Part shown: positions 28,640-37,008 of the stretch, in pieces
Layout: each line of letters opens with the position of its first letter
Numbering within the stretch: position 1 is the stretch's first letter
Virus record (IMG/VR): IMGVR_UViG_3300004213_000011
Coordinates: 1 to 46,914 of that record
From: a virus
Taxonomy: Duplodnaviria > Caudoviricetes
DNA: 46,914 nucleotides
Direction: 5' to 3' (one strand)
Program-made: the position numbers and the translations under genes
Notes under the pieces: model-generated
The model's database searches: none
What the model saw: the letters and a program-made list of their open reading frames with translations, nothing else
What the model was told of the DNA's origin: nothing

Positions 28640-29043
28640 ATTTCCTCCTTTAGTTCGTGGATTTGGTTATAAGTTATGTCTCCGCTCTCTAACTGTTTGG
28701 CTATTGCTAATATATCCGTTTCCGTTACGTCTTGTACCCGCTCTCCGTTTATGCTGTGTACTAAGTGCGCCAGGCATAAACTACCGGTATCAATTCCCTC
28801 CAGCATAAAAAACATTCCCAAACGGAGGTTATGGCGTTCCTGTAAAGCTTCACGTACCCGCCCGGCGGCGTAGAAGGTATCATATTTAGCCAGGCGTACA
28901 TCAATGTCCTCTATTTTGGAACCCATGCCCGCGTCCTGTACTATTGCTATTTGGAAAGCATTAAGTTTCCGTTGTGGCATTTCGTGTATATCGTCGTAGA
29001 AGCTTACGGTTAGGTTATTACGCTGTAGTATTATTTGCCTCAT
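28594..29043 (-). CDS. Tail assembly chaperone (gpG-like)
   Basis: Ends IKKK over an A10 slippery run; upstream of the TMP. Confidence 0.7.
   Translation of the reverse strand: MRQIILQRNNLTVSFYDDIHEMPQRKLNAFQIAIVQDAGMGSKIEDIDVRLAKYDTFYAAGRVREALQERHNLRLGMFFMLEGIDTGSLCLAHLVHSINGERVQDVTETDILAIAKQLESGDITYNQIHELKEEIKKKLIVKLNYISPN
28630..28639 (-). other. Programmed -1 ribosomal frameshift site (A10)
   Basis: ATA AAA AAA AAA TTA; a -1 slip joins the two ORFs. Confidence 0.75.
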
Positions 29044-29275
29044 TTTCTCTGTGTTTTCCTAATGCACCTCCGCAACTTTGTTTTGGGTGTCTTTTATCAT
29101 TTAACTCCCCACTGTAAACAGTTATTACATTGCCACACGTACAACTACAAACATAATAAGTGCCTAATCTTTTACCATTATTTGGAGCTCTTTTTAATAC
29201 GGTTAAATTGCCAAATATTTTACCCCTTAAATCAGTGAAACCAGTTTTTCTAGAGTTTAAAGTTGGTTGTTTCAT
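29018..29275 (-). CDS. Stand-alone Zn-ribbon domain of the type found N-terminal to HNH/AP2 homing endonucleases
   Basis: DLRGKIFGNLTV...YVCSCTCGN...SCG; no nuclease domain follows. Confidence 0.65.
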   Translation of the reverse strand: MKQPTLNSRKTGFTDLRGKIFGNLTVLKRAPNNGKRLGTYYVCSCTCGNVITVYSGELNDKRHPKQSCGGALGKHRENEANNTTA

Positions 29276-29276
29276 G

Positions 29277-29567
29277 TTATCTTAAAATATATAAAGTATA
29301 AGCAGCCGTAGCCGGTGCCGTAAGTAATAAGTAATACCAAATAAACAGGCCAGGGAACAATACAAGCGTAAGCAGGGCCGCTATAACAGCCAACCAGAAA
29401 CAAGCGCACGGGTCGCACCATTCAGGCATCCAGCGGCGCCGGTGTAGGTTGTAGGTGTCTGCTATATTGTACTTATGTGCAATAAGCAATATAAAAGCAT
29501 TTGCCCCGGAGGCAAAAACTAAAAACATTAAGTAGTATTCTACTATTATAATATCATTTAACTCCAT
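29277..29567 (-). CDS. Small membrane protein with CxxCxxFW motif
   Basis: Three TM segments; WCDPCACFW. Confidence 0.65.
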   Translation of the reverse strand: MELNDIIIVEYYLMFLVFASGANAFILLIAHKYNIADTYNLHRRRWMPEWCDPCACFWLAVIAALLTLVLFPGLFIWYYLLLTAPATAAYTLYILR

Positions 29568-29573
29568 TGTTTA

Positions 29574-29711
29574 CTATATTTTTAAATGGTTATAAACAAA
29601 TTGATTGTAAAAAATAGCTACAAATGTGACAGGTTGAAAATTCATTTGGGATTGCATCCAGTATTTTTTATATCTTTTCTTTCCCTTTCGTGGCAACCTG
29701 AATTTATTCAT
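29574..29711 (-). CDS. 45-aa basic protein, absent from the ORF track
   Basis: MNKFRLPRKGKKRYKK...; ATGA coupling to the upstream ORF. Confidence 0.5.
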   Translation of the reverse strand: MNKFRLPRKGKKRYKKYWMQSQMNFQPVTFVAIFYNQFVYNHLKI

Positions 29712-29857
29712 GGTTTTTCTTCTATGTAATCTTCAACTACGTTAACTGCCTTTTCCTCTGGGTATTCCTTTTTTAATACATCTTTTGGGGATGCTATAAA
29801 AATAAGCACTGGTATAATAAATACTAAAAGCGATACTATTACAATAAATGTTATCAT
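29708..29857 (-). CDS. 49-aa single-TM protein, absent from the ORF track
   Basis: MITFIVIVSLLVFIIPVLIFIASPKD... Confidence 0.5.
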   Translation of the reverse strand: MITFIVIVSLLVFIIPVLIFIASPKDVLKKEYPEEKAVNVVEDYIEEKP

Positions 29858-29866
29858 AATTTTAAA

Positions 29867-30442
29867 TTAACAAAATTCATCAAACGTAAGTAATCCTTCT
29901 ATTCTAAACCCGTACTCAGGGTGTTTAAAAGTTTGGTTGTCTACATGGTTTAAACTGTAACCTGCAAATACATCTCCCGGCTCTTCATAAATCTTAGTTA
30001 TCCTAAAAGCGGTTTGGCCTTCTAACTTTCTGTTTACCGCATCCATTAGCTCTTCTTTAAACCGGTGTTGGTAGTTTAATGTTGTATCCCTTGTTTTTAC
30101 CCGGTCTAAGTTAGCCCAGACAATTAAAGATAGCTTTACCCGGTAACTGTTCTTTTTAAATGGTGTCCAATCAACTGCCTCCCTAGACCCGTCCACTTTA
30201 AAAAATGCGTGGGCACTTAAATAATTATTCGGCTCTAATATTAAATAATCCCCTTTTCCCGCATATACCTCCGGGTACTTGTACTCTTTGCCTGTTGCTG
30301 TTTTACGTATGCCGGTTGTTGCCCTACCATACACAACTTCTAACCAAGGCACGGTGCCTAGTAAAGTTTGGAGCTTTTGTATGGCTGCATCTAAGTTTAC
30401 CGGGTTAGGTATTAAAGGTACATTAGGTTTTATATAGTTCAT
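29867..30442 (-). CDS. Putative tail terminator/completion protein
   Basis: 191 aa, structural-module position, C-terminal P.YGFRIEG.L. Confidence 0.5.
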   Translation of the reverse strand: MNYIKPNVPLIPNPVNLDAAIQKLQTLLGTVPWLEVVYGRATTGIRKTATGKEYKYPEVYAGKGDYLILEPNNYLSAHAFFKVDGSREAVDWTPFKKNSYRVKLSLIVWANLDRVKTRDTTLNYQHRFKEELMDAVNRKLEGQTAFRITKIYEEPGDVFAGYSLNHVDNQTFKHPEYGFRIEGLLTFDEFC

Positions 30443-30487
30443 TTATTTTGGAGTTACATTAGGTAGCGATTCCACTATATTTGGTTT

Positions 30488-30724
30488 TTAACTTAGCTTT
30501 ATCTGTGATAGCGAGCTATACTCTTGGCGGTATCCGTTAGTAAAATATACAATGTAAGTTGTCCAATCCCTTGAGGCCGGCCACCAGTCATTTTCACGGG
30601 TGGCCGGTTCTAAATCTTGTGAGTTACTTTTTTCTTCAACCCGTTTAATTTCTAATTCTACTTCGATGCCTACATTTGTTTTTACAAGCATCTTTTTACC
30701 AATCATTAATTCTAATACATTCAT
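30488..30724 (-). CDS. Hypothetical protein
   Basis: 78-aa ORF with DLEPATRENDWWP motif. Confidence 0.6.
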   Translation of the reverse strand: MNVLELMIGKKMLVKTNVGIEVELEIKRVEEKSNSQDLEPATRENDWWPASRDWTTYIVYFTNGYRQEYSSLSQIKLS

Positions 30725-30739
30725 ATTAAGTGGAGCTTT

Positions 30740-31114
30740 TTAGGTTGCCTTCGTTTCATTAGATATTTTATTTAACTGTTCTTCTACAATACGAAGCCCT
30801 TCATTAATAGCAGATATTAAGGCGGTATCATGGTCATCGCAAACCTTATCGAATTGAACGAAATCACTTTCTGCATTATAAAATTCAGTTATTGCCCAAT
30901 ATTTCTTATCTGCTACTGGTAAGGCGTACGCTTCTATTCCTTTACTTCTTAAATAAGCAGTATAACCACCTTGTTGCATATCAAAGGGCAATTCATAAAA
31001 CCGATAATATGCTTCGTAACGAATAAAATCATATTTCTTTTCTAAAAAATTGTGAAAACCTGCTTTTACTTTTTCCTGCGTTACAACAGCAAGATTATCT
31101 TTTGTTTCATTCAT
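30740..31114 (-). CDS. Hypothetical accessory protein (start revised to MNETKD)
   Basis: AAAACTATG context; FY.LPF.MQ.G motif. Confidence 0.6.
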   Translation of the reverse strand: MNETKDNLAVVTQEKVKAGFHNFLEKKYDFIRYEAYYRFYELPFDMQQGGYTAYLRSKGIEAYALPVADKKYWAITEFYNAESDFVQFDKVCDDHDTALISAINEGLRIVEEQLNKISNETKAT

Positions 31115-31124
31115 AGTTTTAGTT

Positions 31125-31907
31125 TTAAGGTTTGCAAGTTTTACAAGGGTACAATCCGGTAGCATCTGTAATAAGTTTACCTGGCTTGTTTTCATAATGG
31201 GTGAGGCGGTGATAGGTTTTAGAAGTGCCTATCCGCTTATAAGTAGTTACTGCTTGGGCCGGGGCTAAGTCTGTGCGCTCTATGCCTATTATTTTGCGTA
31301 CCTCCGGCGCCTGGGCTTTGGTTATACCGTGGCTGAAACCGCTATTATCAAAATCCATATCGCTATATGCAAAAGTAAAAGCTTGCATGAACGCCTCACC
31401 TGCTAAATTATAGTACTCCGTTTCGTAGCTTACCTTTTCCCACCAGAACGCCTCACCCGTAGGTATCACGCCGCCGGGGTGCATAAGGCCGTGTATGGCT
31501 TTGCGCTGTTCATCAGTAAGGGGTAGGAAGTAGTCTACTAAGTGGGCTAGTTCGGCGCTTACTGTTGCTTGTGCTACTTCCGGGTATTTTGTTAAGGCTG
31601 TATCTACATAAATATTGCCGGAACCGGGATAAAATACGCCTAAAATGTATTTCCGTCCGTTTACTTCCCCTTCTATTAATTGGGGGCTATCATCGCCGGG
31701 GGCGTGTGGGCCAGCATGCAACTTAGGCGCACTCTTCCATTTAGCTTTAAAAAAGGTGGGGCTATTTAAATCATCCCAACCAATAGCAAAAATGCCAGAA
31801 GGAGCATTTAACTTATCCCAGGGAAACATTATTTTATCGAGACCGGTTTTTATAATGTTTACTTGCTCGGTAGTACCCCGTAAATCGAATTTGTTTTTAT
31901 AAATCAT
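31125..31907 (-). CDS. Zincin-like protein with C-terminal Ada-type metal-binding remnant
   Basis: AELAH (HExxH variant) and E.F..AF downstream motif; SKTYH...GLYPCKTCKP C-terminus. Confidence 0.45.
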   Translation of the reverse strand: MIYKNKFDLRGTTEQVNIIKTGLDKIMFPWDKLNAPSGIFAIGWDDLNSPTFFKAKWKSAPKLHAGPHAPGDDSPQLIEGEVNGRKYILGVFYPGSGNIYVDTALTKYPEVAQATVSAELAHLVDYFLPLTDEQRKAIHGLMHPGGVIPTGEAFWWEKVSYETEYYNLAGEAFMQAFTFAYSDMDFDNSGFSHGITKAQAPEVRKIIGIERTDLAPAQAVTTYKRIGTSKTYHRLTHYENKPGKLITDATGLYPCKTCKP

Positions 31908-32188
31908 TGGTTTGAAAATATATTGTTGTGGTTGTTTTGCTTACGGTACTTCAACCATTTATCTTTAAATATTTCATAAGGGCAAATAATACAGGTTTCA
32001 CTATAATTCCCCTTCCAGATAATAAATGTTTTGGGCCTGGGGTCGTTTTGCTGTGTTTGCCTTTCTTGGCAATCCTCAATGCTTCTTATATCGCTAAGTA
32101 AAAACATTTTACGCTGTTCATAATACTCCCCCGTATCTTCATTCTTGTAAAAGGCTACATACTCCTGTTCGTTTTTTATTGCCTCCAT
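31904..32188 (-). CDS. Hypothetical protein
   Basis: 94-aa ORF, ATGA-coupled to the next gene. Confidence 0.6.
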   Translation of the reverse strand: MEAIKNEQEYVAFYKNEDTGEYYEQRKMFLLSDIRSIEDCQERQTQQNDPRPKTFIIWKGNYSETCIICPYEIFKDKWLKYRKQNNHNNIFSNQ

Positions 32189-32193
32189 AATAT

Positions 32194-32367
32194 TTATTTA
32201 TAACCTAACCCGGTAAATACATTTATACATTCTTCCAACTGGCTTTCATCCATTAAAGGAATTAAATCCAGGTGTTTGTTATAAAGTTTTGTGCCAATTA
32301 TTTTTTTTGCATAAGCTTTATTTACTTGTTTTCTTAATTTAGTTCTTAACTTTACTATTGCCTCCAC
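32194..32367 (-). CDS. 57-aa hypothetical protein (GTG start), absent from the ORF track
   Basis: VEAIVKLRTKLRKQVNKAYAKK...; fills the intergenic gap. Confidence 0.4.
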   Translation of the reverse strand: MEAIVKLRTKLRKQVNKAYAKKIIGTKLYNKHLDLIPLMDESQLEECINVFTGLGYK

Positions 32368-32804
32368 CCTGCTAAATATTTAAGTACTTGTTCAACTAAA
32401 CTTGGTTTTAAATAATCATGGGCCAGTGTTTCACGTGAAGCATCACTTAACCCTATTAATTCATCTCCGTATTTTGCTTCTAAATCCTGGGCCTTTGCAT
32501 CGGTTGCCTCCATGCTTATACCTTCAGTGTCTACTCTCGCTTCAATACTTTCGTGGTAAGCGCCGGTTGCCTTTAAATCGGGCACCCCTGGCCGGGGGCG
32601 ACTGTTCATAAACTGTTTAGCCTGGGCGTATACCGGGTTCCTATAACCGGGTGTTATCTCGCGGCCTGTTGTATAAGTACCTTGTAATAATTGCTCTGCG
32701 TTCAAGTCTTCGATAACCGGGGTGTATTCCCGTGCCGCTTCCTCTAACATATCCTTTATAGGTATGTTTTGTAAGCGGGCCTTTATCATTTGCAGAGCAT
32801 TCAT
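32355..32804 (-). CDS. Neck/tail completion protein (HK97 gp10-like position)
   Basis: DLN.EQL..G, PDLK.TG.Y..SI and L..KYG...IGL motifs. Confidence 0.65.
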   Translation of the reverse strand: MNALQMIKARLQNIPIKDMLEEAAREYTPVIEDLNAEQLLQGTYTTGREITPGYRNPVYAQAKQFMNSRPRPGVPDLKATGAYHESIEARVDTEGISMEATDAKAQDLEAKYGDELIGLSDASRETLAHDYLKPSLVEQVLKYLAGWRQ

Positions 32805-33307
32805 TAAAAATCTGGTTTAAATATATTGCGGTTTATTTGTGCCTTTTTAAAGTCTTCTATTTCTCTTTGCGCTTGAGCTTCTTGTAACAAATCAAACTGC
32901 CGCTGATTTTCTTGAACTGGGTCAGGTTTTTGAAGGTATTCTTTTTCAAAATCTTTACTGCCACGCACTTTGCCGTAAAGATGTTTGATTTTATTATTTA
33001 CTATATAAGCGGCTTTATTATGTGCTTCTGTATCTAATCTTTCCTCTGTACCGCCTTTTGGAAAATTTGGTATAGGTCGTTGCAAGTACTCATCTTCGTG
33101 CCGCTTTGGATCTCTTAGCTTTGAAGTATAATACACGGCCAGACCCTGGTTTATTCGCTCTGTTCCAATTACACTAGTAGCATTTATACTCCTGTCATCA
33201 TCACAAAGCAGACCCACTAATTTAATATACGGTATACCTGTACGCTGTGCTATCTCTGGTAATAAAGCGGCTAGTTTTGCTTTTTGAAATATTGTTAACA
33301 TTGTCAT
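32804..33307 (-). CDS. Hypothetical protein with two terminase-like EYLQxP repeats
   Basis: KLRDPKRHEDEYLQRPIP and KVRGSKDFEKEYLQKPDP. Confidence 0.6.
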   Translation of the reverse strand: MTMLTIFQKAKLAALLPEIAQRTGIPYIKLVGLLCDDDRSINATSVIGTERINQGLAVYYTSKLRDPKRHEDEYLQRPIPNFPKGGTEERLDTEAHNKAAYIVNNKIKHLYGKVRGSKDFEKEYLQKPDPVQENQRQFDLLQEAQAQREIEDFKKAQINRNIFKPDF

Positions 33308-33314
33308 AGTTTTT

Positions 33315-33608
33315 TTAGGCTACTTCTATTGCCCGTATTGGGGCTTTCCTTAAAACTTTTGATACTAAATCCAGCTCATGCAAATGAGTTATTCTGGCTA
33401 TGAATTGAATATCATCTTTATTGCACTCGCTCCGGTTAAACACTGAAAAGAAAGAATTATTTTTATCAGTTCGGATAATTATACATTTTGATGACTGTTT
33501 ATTTTCTAATTCAAAATGAATAAAATTTCCGAAATTAACCACTCCAGTATTTTCTTTAAAACCTAAGTTAATTAAAATATTATTGGTTAAGACTGTTTTT
33601 GCATCCAT
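33315..33608 (-). CDS. Hypothetical accessory protein
   Basis: LT..IL..LGFK and I.HLHEL motifs, related in style to 27885-28268. Confidence 0.6.
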   Translation of the reverse strand: MDAKTVLTNNILINLGFKENTGVVNFGNFIHFELENKQSSKCIIIRTDKNNSFFSVFNRSECNKDDIQFIARITHLHELDLVSKVLRKAPIRAIEVA

Positions 33609-33617
33609 AGTTTTATA

Positions 33618-33836
33618 TTAATATTTAAGGTCAAAAAAAGCTATAATTTTCTTAAATCCCGGAATGTTATAGCTAATAAAATCATGTCTAAAACAGGTAA
33701 ATATTTTATGCTTGTACATTAAAGATATTTCTTCAAAAATATCGTCCTCTATAGGGAGTATAAATACTGCTCTTTCGCGGTTAAGGTCAGCTAAATAATT
33801 ACCTAACTTGCCAAACATAGATACATCTATATCCAT
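33618..33836 (-). CDS. Hypothetical protein
   Basis: 72-aa AT-rich ORF. Confidence 0.5.
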   Translation of the reverse strand: MDIDVSMFGKLGNYLADLNRERAVFILPIEDDIFEEISLMYKHKIFTCFRHDFISYNIPGFKKIIAFFDLKY

Positions 33837-33846
33837 AGCTTTATTT

Positions 33847-35199
33847 TTAAGGTGCCCCTACAGTACCGTGCTTAATACGGCGTTTAGGGGCACACGGTAA
33901 ACATCTGCTATTTAAGCCAGACATATCAAACTGTATACCCTTTAATAGTTTTTCATACTCTGCGCGGAGCCCCAGGGTATGTTCTGGTTTGTTGTCCAGA
34001 TCATAACGGGCCAGGTCTTTTATTTTAATTAGTTCCCCTTTGTTTTGGGTACTATAAGCGATCCCGTTTAGCAAACTAATAGCGGCGGCCTTTTGTATGG
34101 CAGTAGAAAATATACGTTGGTTACGTATTATAAAATCTGTTACATCGCACTCCGCCGTAAAAGCTAAGTTTATCCCAAAGTTGGTGTTATAGTGGTAGCC
34201 CTGCATGCCATACTCAATTTCTAAACCGTCGTAATGGTAAGCGTTTACGCTAAAGGGGTGGACGTCTACAAATTCACTATAAGCCTTGTAAGCTTCTTTA
34301 TCGTAGTTGCTACAGGATAGGCACGGGCCTTTTAGCAGGTCGCGTTCTACAGCAATGGCCTGGCCTACAAAATCATTTTCAAAGTATCCGAATAAAAAGC
34401 TACCCTCCGTACCATCTAGCATATAATTTAAAGGCAAATCATCAATAAAAAACCATTGAAAGTACCCCGGCTTATCTATTATAAATTCCCATTTCATAAG
34501 GAATTGCATTTTCTGTCCTGGTATGCCTCCACGAAAAAGATATAAAGTAAAATCTGGATTAGCCCGATCTATTTGTAAACCTATTTTACTTACCCGTAAA
34601 GTAATATCCTGTGTTTGCTTCAAACCCAACTCTACGCCCACAAAGCGCCCGGCTTTTATTACTTTATTGTACATGCTCCCGGTGACCTGGAAAAGCTGGG
34701 TGTTTTGAAAAATAGCTTTGCTTTCGTGCTGGAGCTTATTATCGGTAAATACCCGGTTTAACACCTCTGCTATGGCCGTTTGCATTGTTTCCCGTAAGTA
34801 AATACCCATTACGCTTTCCGCTCGCCACGCGGCGCCCGTGCCCGGTTCTTCGGTGTTACCCTCATCGCCGAAAGTAAACGATAATGTATTGTTATCATTA
34901 TCGTAAATCTCCGCATGGCTTACCCCGGTTAAGCTTTCGTATATTTGGCCTTTGTGGGTTACTTTCTCCCCTGTATTATATACTATACCGTTTACCCAGG
35001 CAGGATAATATTCGTACTCATCTAAATTAATAGAGGCGTGAATATTTTCTTTTGTTAAAAGACGGTGGGCATCATCTACAAAAATACCAGTTCTGCTCTC
35101 TGTTAAATCAGGAGGCAATATGCCGAATATTGGGTTTCTGGTTTGTTTAATCCCGACCGACCCAAAAAGTTTTTTTTGTAAAGCGGTTAAGTTGTACAT
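33847..35199 (-). CDS. Structural protein, probable head-tail adaptor, with CBM5/12-like insertion
   Basis: First large gene after the capsid; W..G..Y..G..V.HKG..Y motif; C-terminal CLPC. Confidence 0.55.
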   Translation of the reverse strand: MYNLTALQKKLFGSVGIKQTRNPIFGILPPDLTESRTGIFVDDAHRLLTKENIHASINLDEYEYYPAWVNGIVYNTGEKVTHKGQIYESLTGVSHAEIYDNDNNTLSFTFGDEGNTEEPGTGAAWRAESVMGIYLRETMQTAIAEVLNRVFTDNKLQHESKAIFQNTQLFQVTGSMYNKVIKAGRFVGVELGLKQTQDITLRVSKIGLQIDRANPDFTLYLFRGGIPGQKMQFLMKWEFIIDKPGYFQWFFIDDLPLNYMLDGTEGSFLFGYFENDFVGQAIAVERDLLKGPCLSCSNYDKEAYKAYSEFVDVHPFSVNAYHYDGLEIEYGMQGYHYNTNFGINLAFTAECDVTDFIIRNQRIFSTAIQKAAAISLLNGIAYSTQNKGELIKIKDLARYDLDNKPEHTLGLRAEYEKLLKGIQFDMSGLNSRCLPCAPKRRIKHGTVGAP

Positions 35200-35205
35200 A
35201 ACATT

Positions 35206-35403
35206 TTACTTTATTATAAGTATTTTTTTCTGATCTTTAAGCACATCTTTATCAGTATATACTTCAAAATAAGCATTCTCGATTTTAGCAACATCAAAAT
35301 ATGATATTAAAAGATACCCAACCTCACCTTCAACACCCGCATATAAGTCTCCATGTTCGGATTTAACCTTTTCTAGGTTTTCTATTATCTCGCTTATTAA
35401 CAT
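35206..35403 (-). CDS. Hypothetical protein
   Basis: M.ISE.IE.LE....EHGDL motif common in small phage proteins. Confidence 0.6.
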   Translation of the reverse strand: MLISEIIENLEKVKSEHGDLYAGVEGEVGYLLISYFDVAKIENAYFEVYTDKDVLKDQKKILIIK

Positions 35404-35406
35404 AGC

Positions 35407-35739
35407 TTATTGCTTTGACTTTAAAACAGATTCTAATCTAAGTATTTTTGATTCTAACCTCTTAATAACCTTTTTCCCATAAACCTGATTGTATTTATCA
35501 GGGTTGGCTCGTAAGTTTTCGATAGAAATTTCTTGTACTTTGCACGTCTCTCTTAAGTTTCTAAAAGCTGCATCCAACTCTTTTAAGTCGTGTTTTAATT
35601 CATCGTTTTCACTTTTTAAAACACCATTATTAAATTCGCTGATTTTTAAAGCGTTCTTTAATATTTGACACCTAGTGAACCATTTTGTAGCTTCTATATT
35701 CTCATTAAAAGGCTCTGTTTCAGCTTTAATATTCCCCAT
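35407..35739 (-). CDS. Coiled-coil hypothetical protein (start revised to MGNIKA)
   Basis: Follows the promoter repeat; heptad pattern. Confidence 0.6.
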   Translation of the reverse strand: MGNIKAETEPFNENIEATKWFTRCQILKNALKISEFNNGVLKSENDELKHDLKELDAAFRNLRETCKVQEISIENLRANPDKYNQVYGKKVIKRLESKILRLESVLKSKQ

Positions 35740-35744
35740 TTCTT

Positions 35745-35771
35745 TGTTTGGTATATACAAATATACGCAAA
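35745..35771 (-). promoter_or_regulatory. Phage promoter repeat inside the structural region
   Basis: TTTGCGTATATTTGTATATACCAAACA. Confidence 0.85.
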
Positions 35772-35811
35772 TAAATCGAATAAGTTGCTAATGTTGATAA
35801 GTAAATATAAT

Positions 35812-35837
35812 AAAAAAAGCCGCCTTATCAAAGCGGC
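35812..35837 (-). terminator. Intrinsic terminator after the major capsid gene
   Basis: GCCGC-TTTGATAAG-GCGGC followed by T7. Confidence 0.85.
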
Positions 35838-35868
35838 CCTTTCCTAATAAAACTATGAATGCAAAAAG

Positions 35869-36915
35869 TTATGAAGCTGAAAATTCAGCTTTAATGATAG
35901 GCCCGAAACGGTTGGCCGGATCGCTGTTAAATGCCGATGCAAAACAAATATCCGTAGACCACTCGAAAGATTCTATTTTAGTACGGGTTAAACCTTCCAT
36001 GCCTGGTTGTACACCGCTGGCATCGGTACAGTCATCAGTATAATACGTACCCATTGTAAGGTCTACGCCTGGCACGTATTCCTGGCCCCAAACTTTAGAA
36101 CCCCCACCGGCGGTATGGCCCATTAAGGCATCACGGTCGTTCCGGTTCTCCATTGCTACGGAACCTTTTTGTACTAAGAAGGCAGTAGAAGCAATACCGG
36201 GGCTGTTTAAGATATGGTTGGAATAACCAAAATCATATTCACCGAATTGAAATGAATCGTTTACATCATTTTGGCGGCCTTGGTTTACTAAGCGCCGTAC
36301 TACAGGGCGGTGCATAGTTGAGGCGGCTACGTCAATTCTATCGTAAAAATCCATCTGCTCGAAAATAGCGGAGGCGTTGTTATAAAAGTCCTCTGTTCCG
36401 GCTTTGCTTACTTGTAAGGCGTTAGCCACTTGAGGGTAAACGGCCAAAATTTCCGGTGTCCAATGGATGTTTCGGTTAATGTTTAAGAACGAAACGCCCA
36501 GAGTATCCAGGTGAGTATTAAGTTTATTAACATAGCCCCGGAGGCGGTTGGCCCAGTCTTGCTGGTAGCCAAATTCGTTATTCGCGTACATGGCCGGGTA
36601 CATGCTGAACCCAAACGCAATAGTAGCAAAAGTAAGGGTAACAAAAGCGGAAGTGCTCTCCCCTGTACGGATGGCGCACGTTCTAACATTGCCTATACTT
36701 ACGTCCTGGTTCAGCATAACCGGGATTTTAATGGTTTTACCGAACGAATCTTTAATTAAATCGCGGGTATTTTGGCTTAGGATGCCGCCGGGGGCATTGG
36801 TTTGGTTTCGGAATAAGTCGTAAACTCTATAGCGGGAAGCACGGTTTTCATTTTTGTCCATGTTCTCCGTATAGCCCGTCCGAAACTCTTGCATTAAGGT
36901 CGCAACTAGAGACAT
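35869..36915 (-). CDS. Major capsid protein
   Basis: 348 aa after the scaffold, own promoter and terminator, G.TIKIPV motif typical of HK97-fold capsids. Confidence 0.8.
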   Translation of the reverse strand: MSLVATLMQEFRTGYTENMDKNENRASRYRVYDLFRNQTNAPGGILSQNTRDLIKDSFGKTIKIPVMLNQDVSIGNVRTCAIRTGESTSAFVTLTFATIAFGFSMYPAMYANNEFGYQQDWANRLRGYVNKLNTHLDTLGVSFLNINRNIHWTPEILAVYPQVANALQVSKAGTEDFYNNASAIFEQMDFYDRIDVAASTMHRPVVRRLVNQGRQNDVNDSFQFGEYDFGYSNHILNSPGIASTAFLVQKGSVAMENRNDRDALMGHTAGGGSKVWGQEYVPGVDLTMGTYYTDDCTDASGVQPGMEGLTRTKIESFEWSTDICFASAFNSDPANRFGPIIKAEFSAS

Positions 36916-36971
36916 TTTTTTAGGTTTTAAAAGTTAAAAATAAATTTAAGATTCCGGCTTCCCTCGCCGTT

Positions 36972-36985
36972 ATTGCAAATATAAT
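36972..36985 (-). promoter_or_regulatory. Capsid promoter, -7 element TATATTTG
   Basis: TATATTTGCA about 60 nt upstream of the capsid ATG. Confidence 0.6.
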
Positions 36986-37008
36986 ATAAATTCTAATATA
37001 AAAAACTT

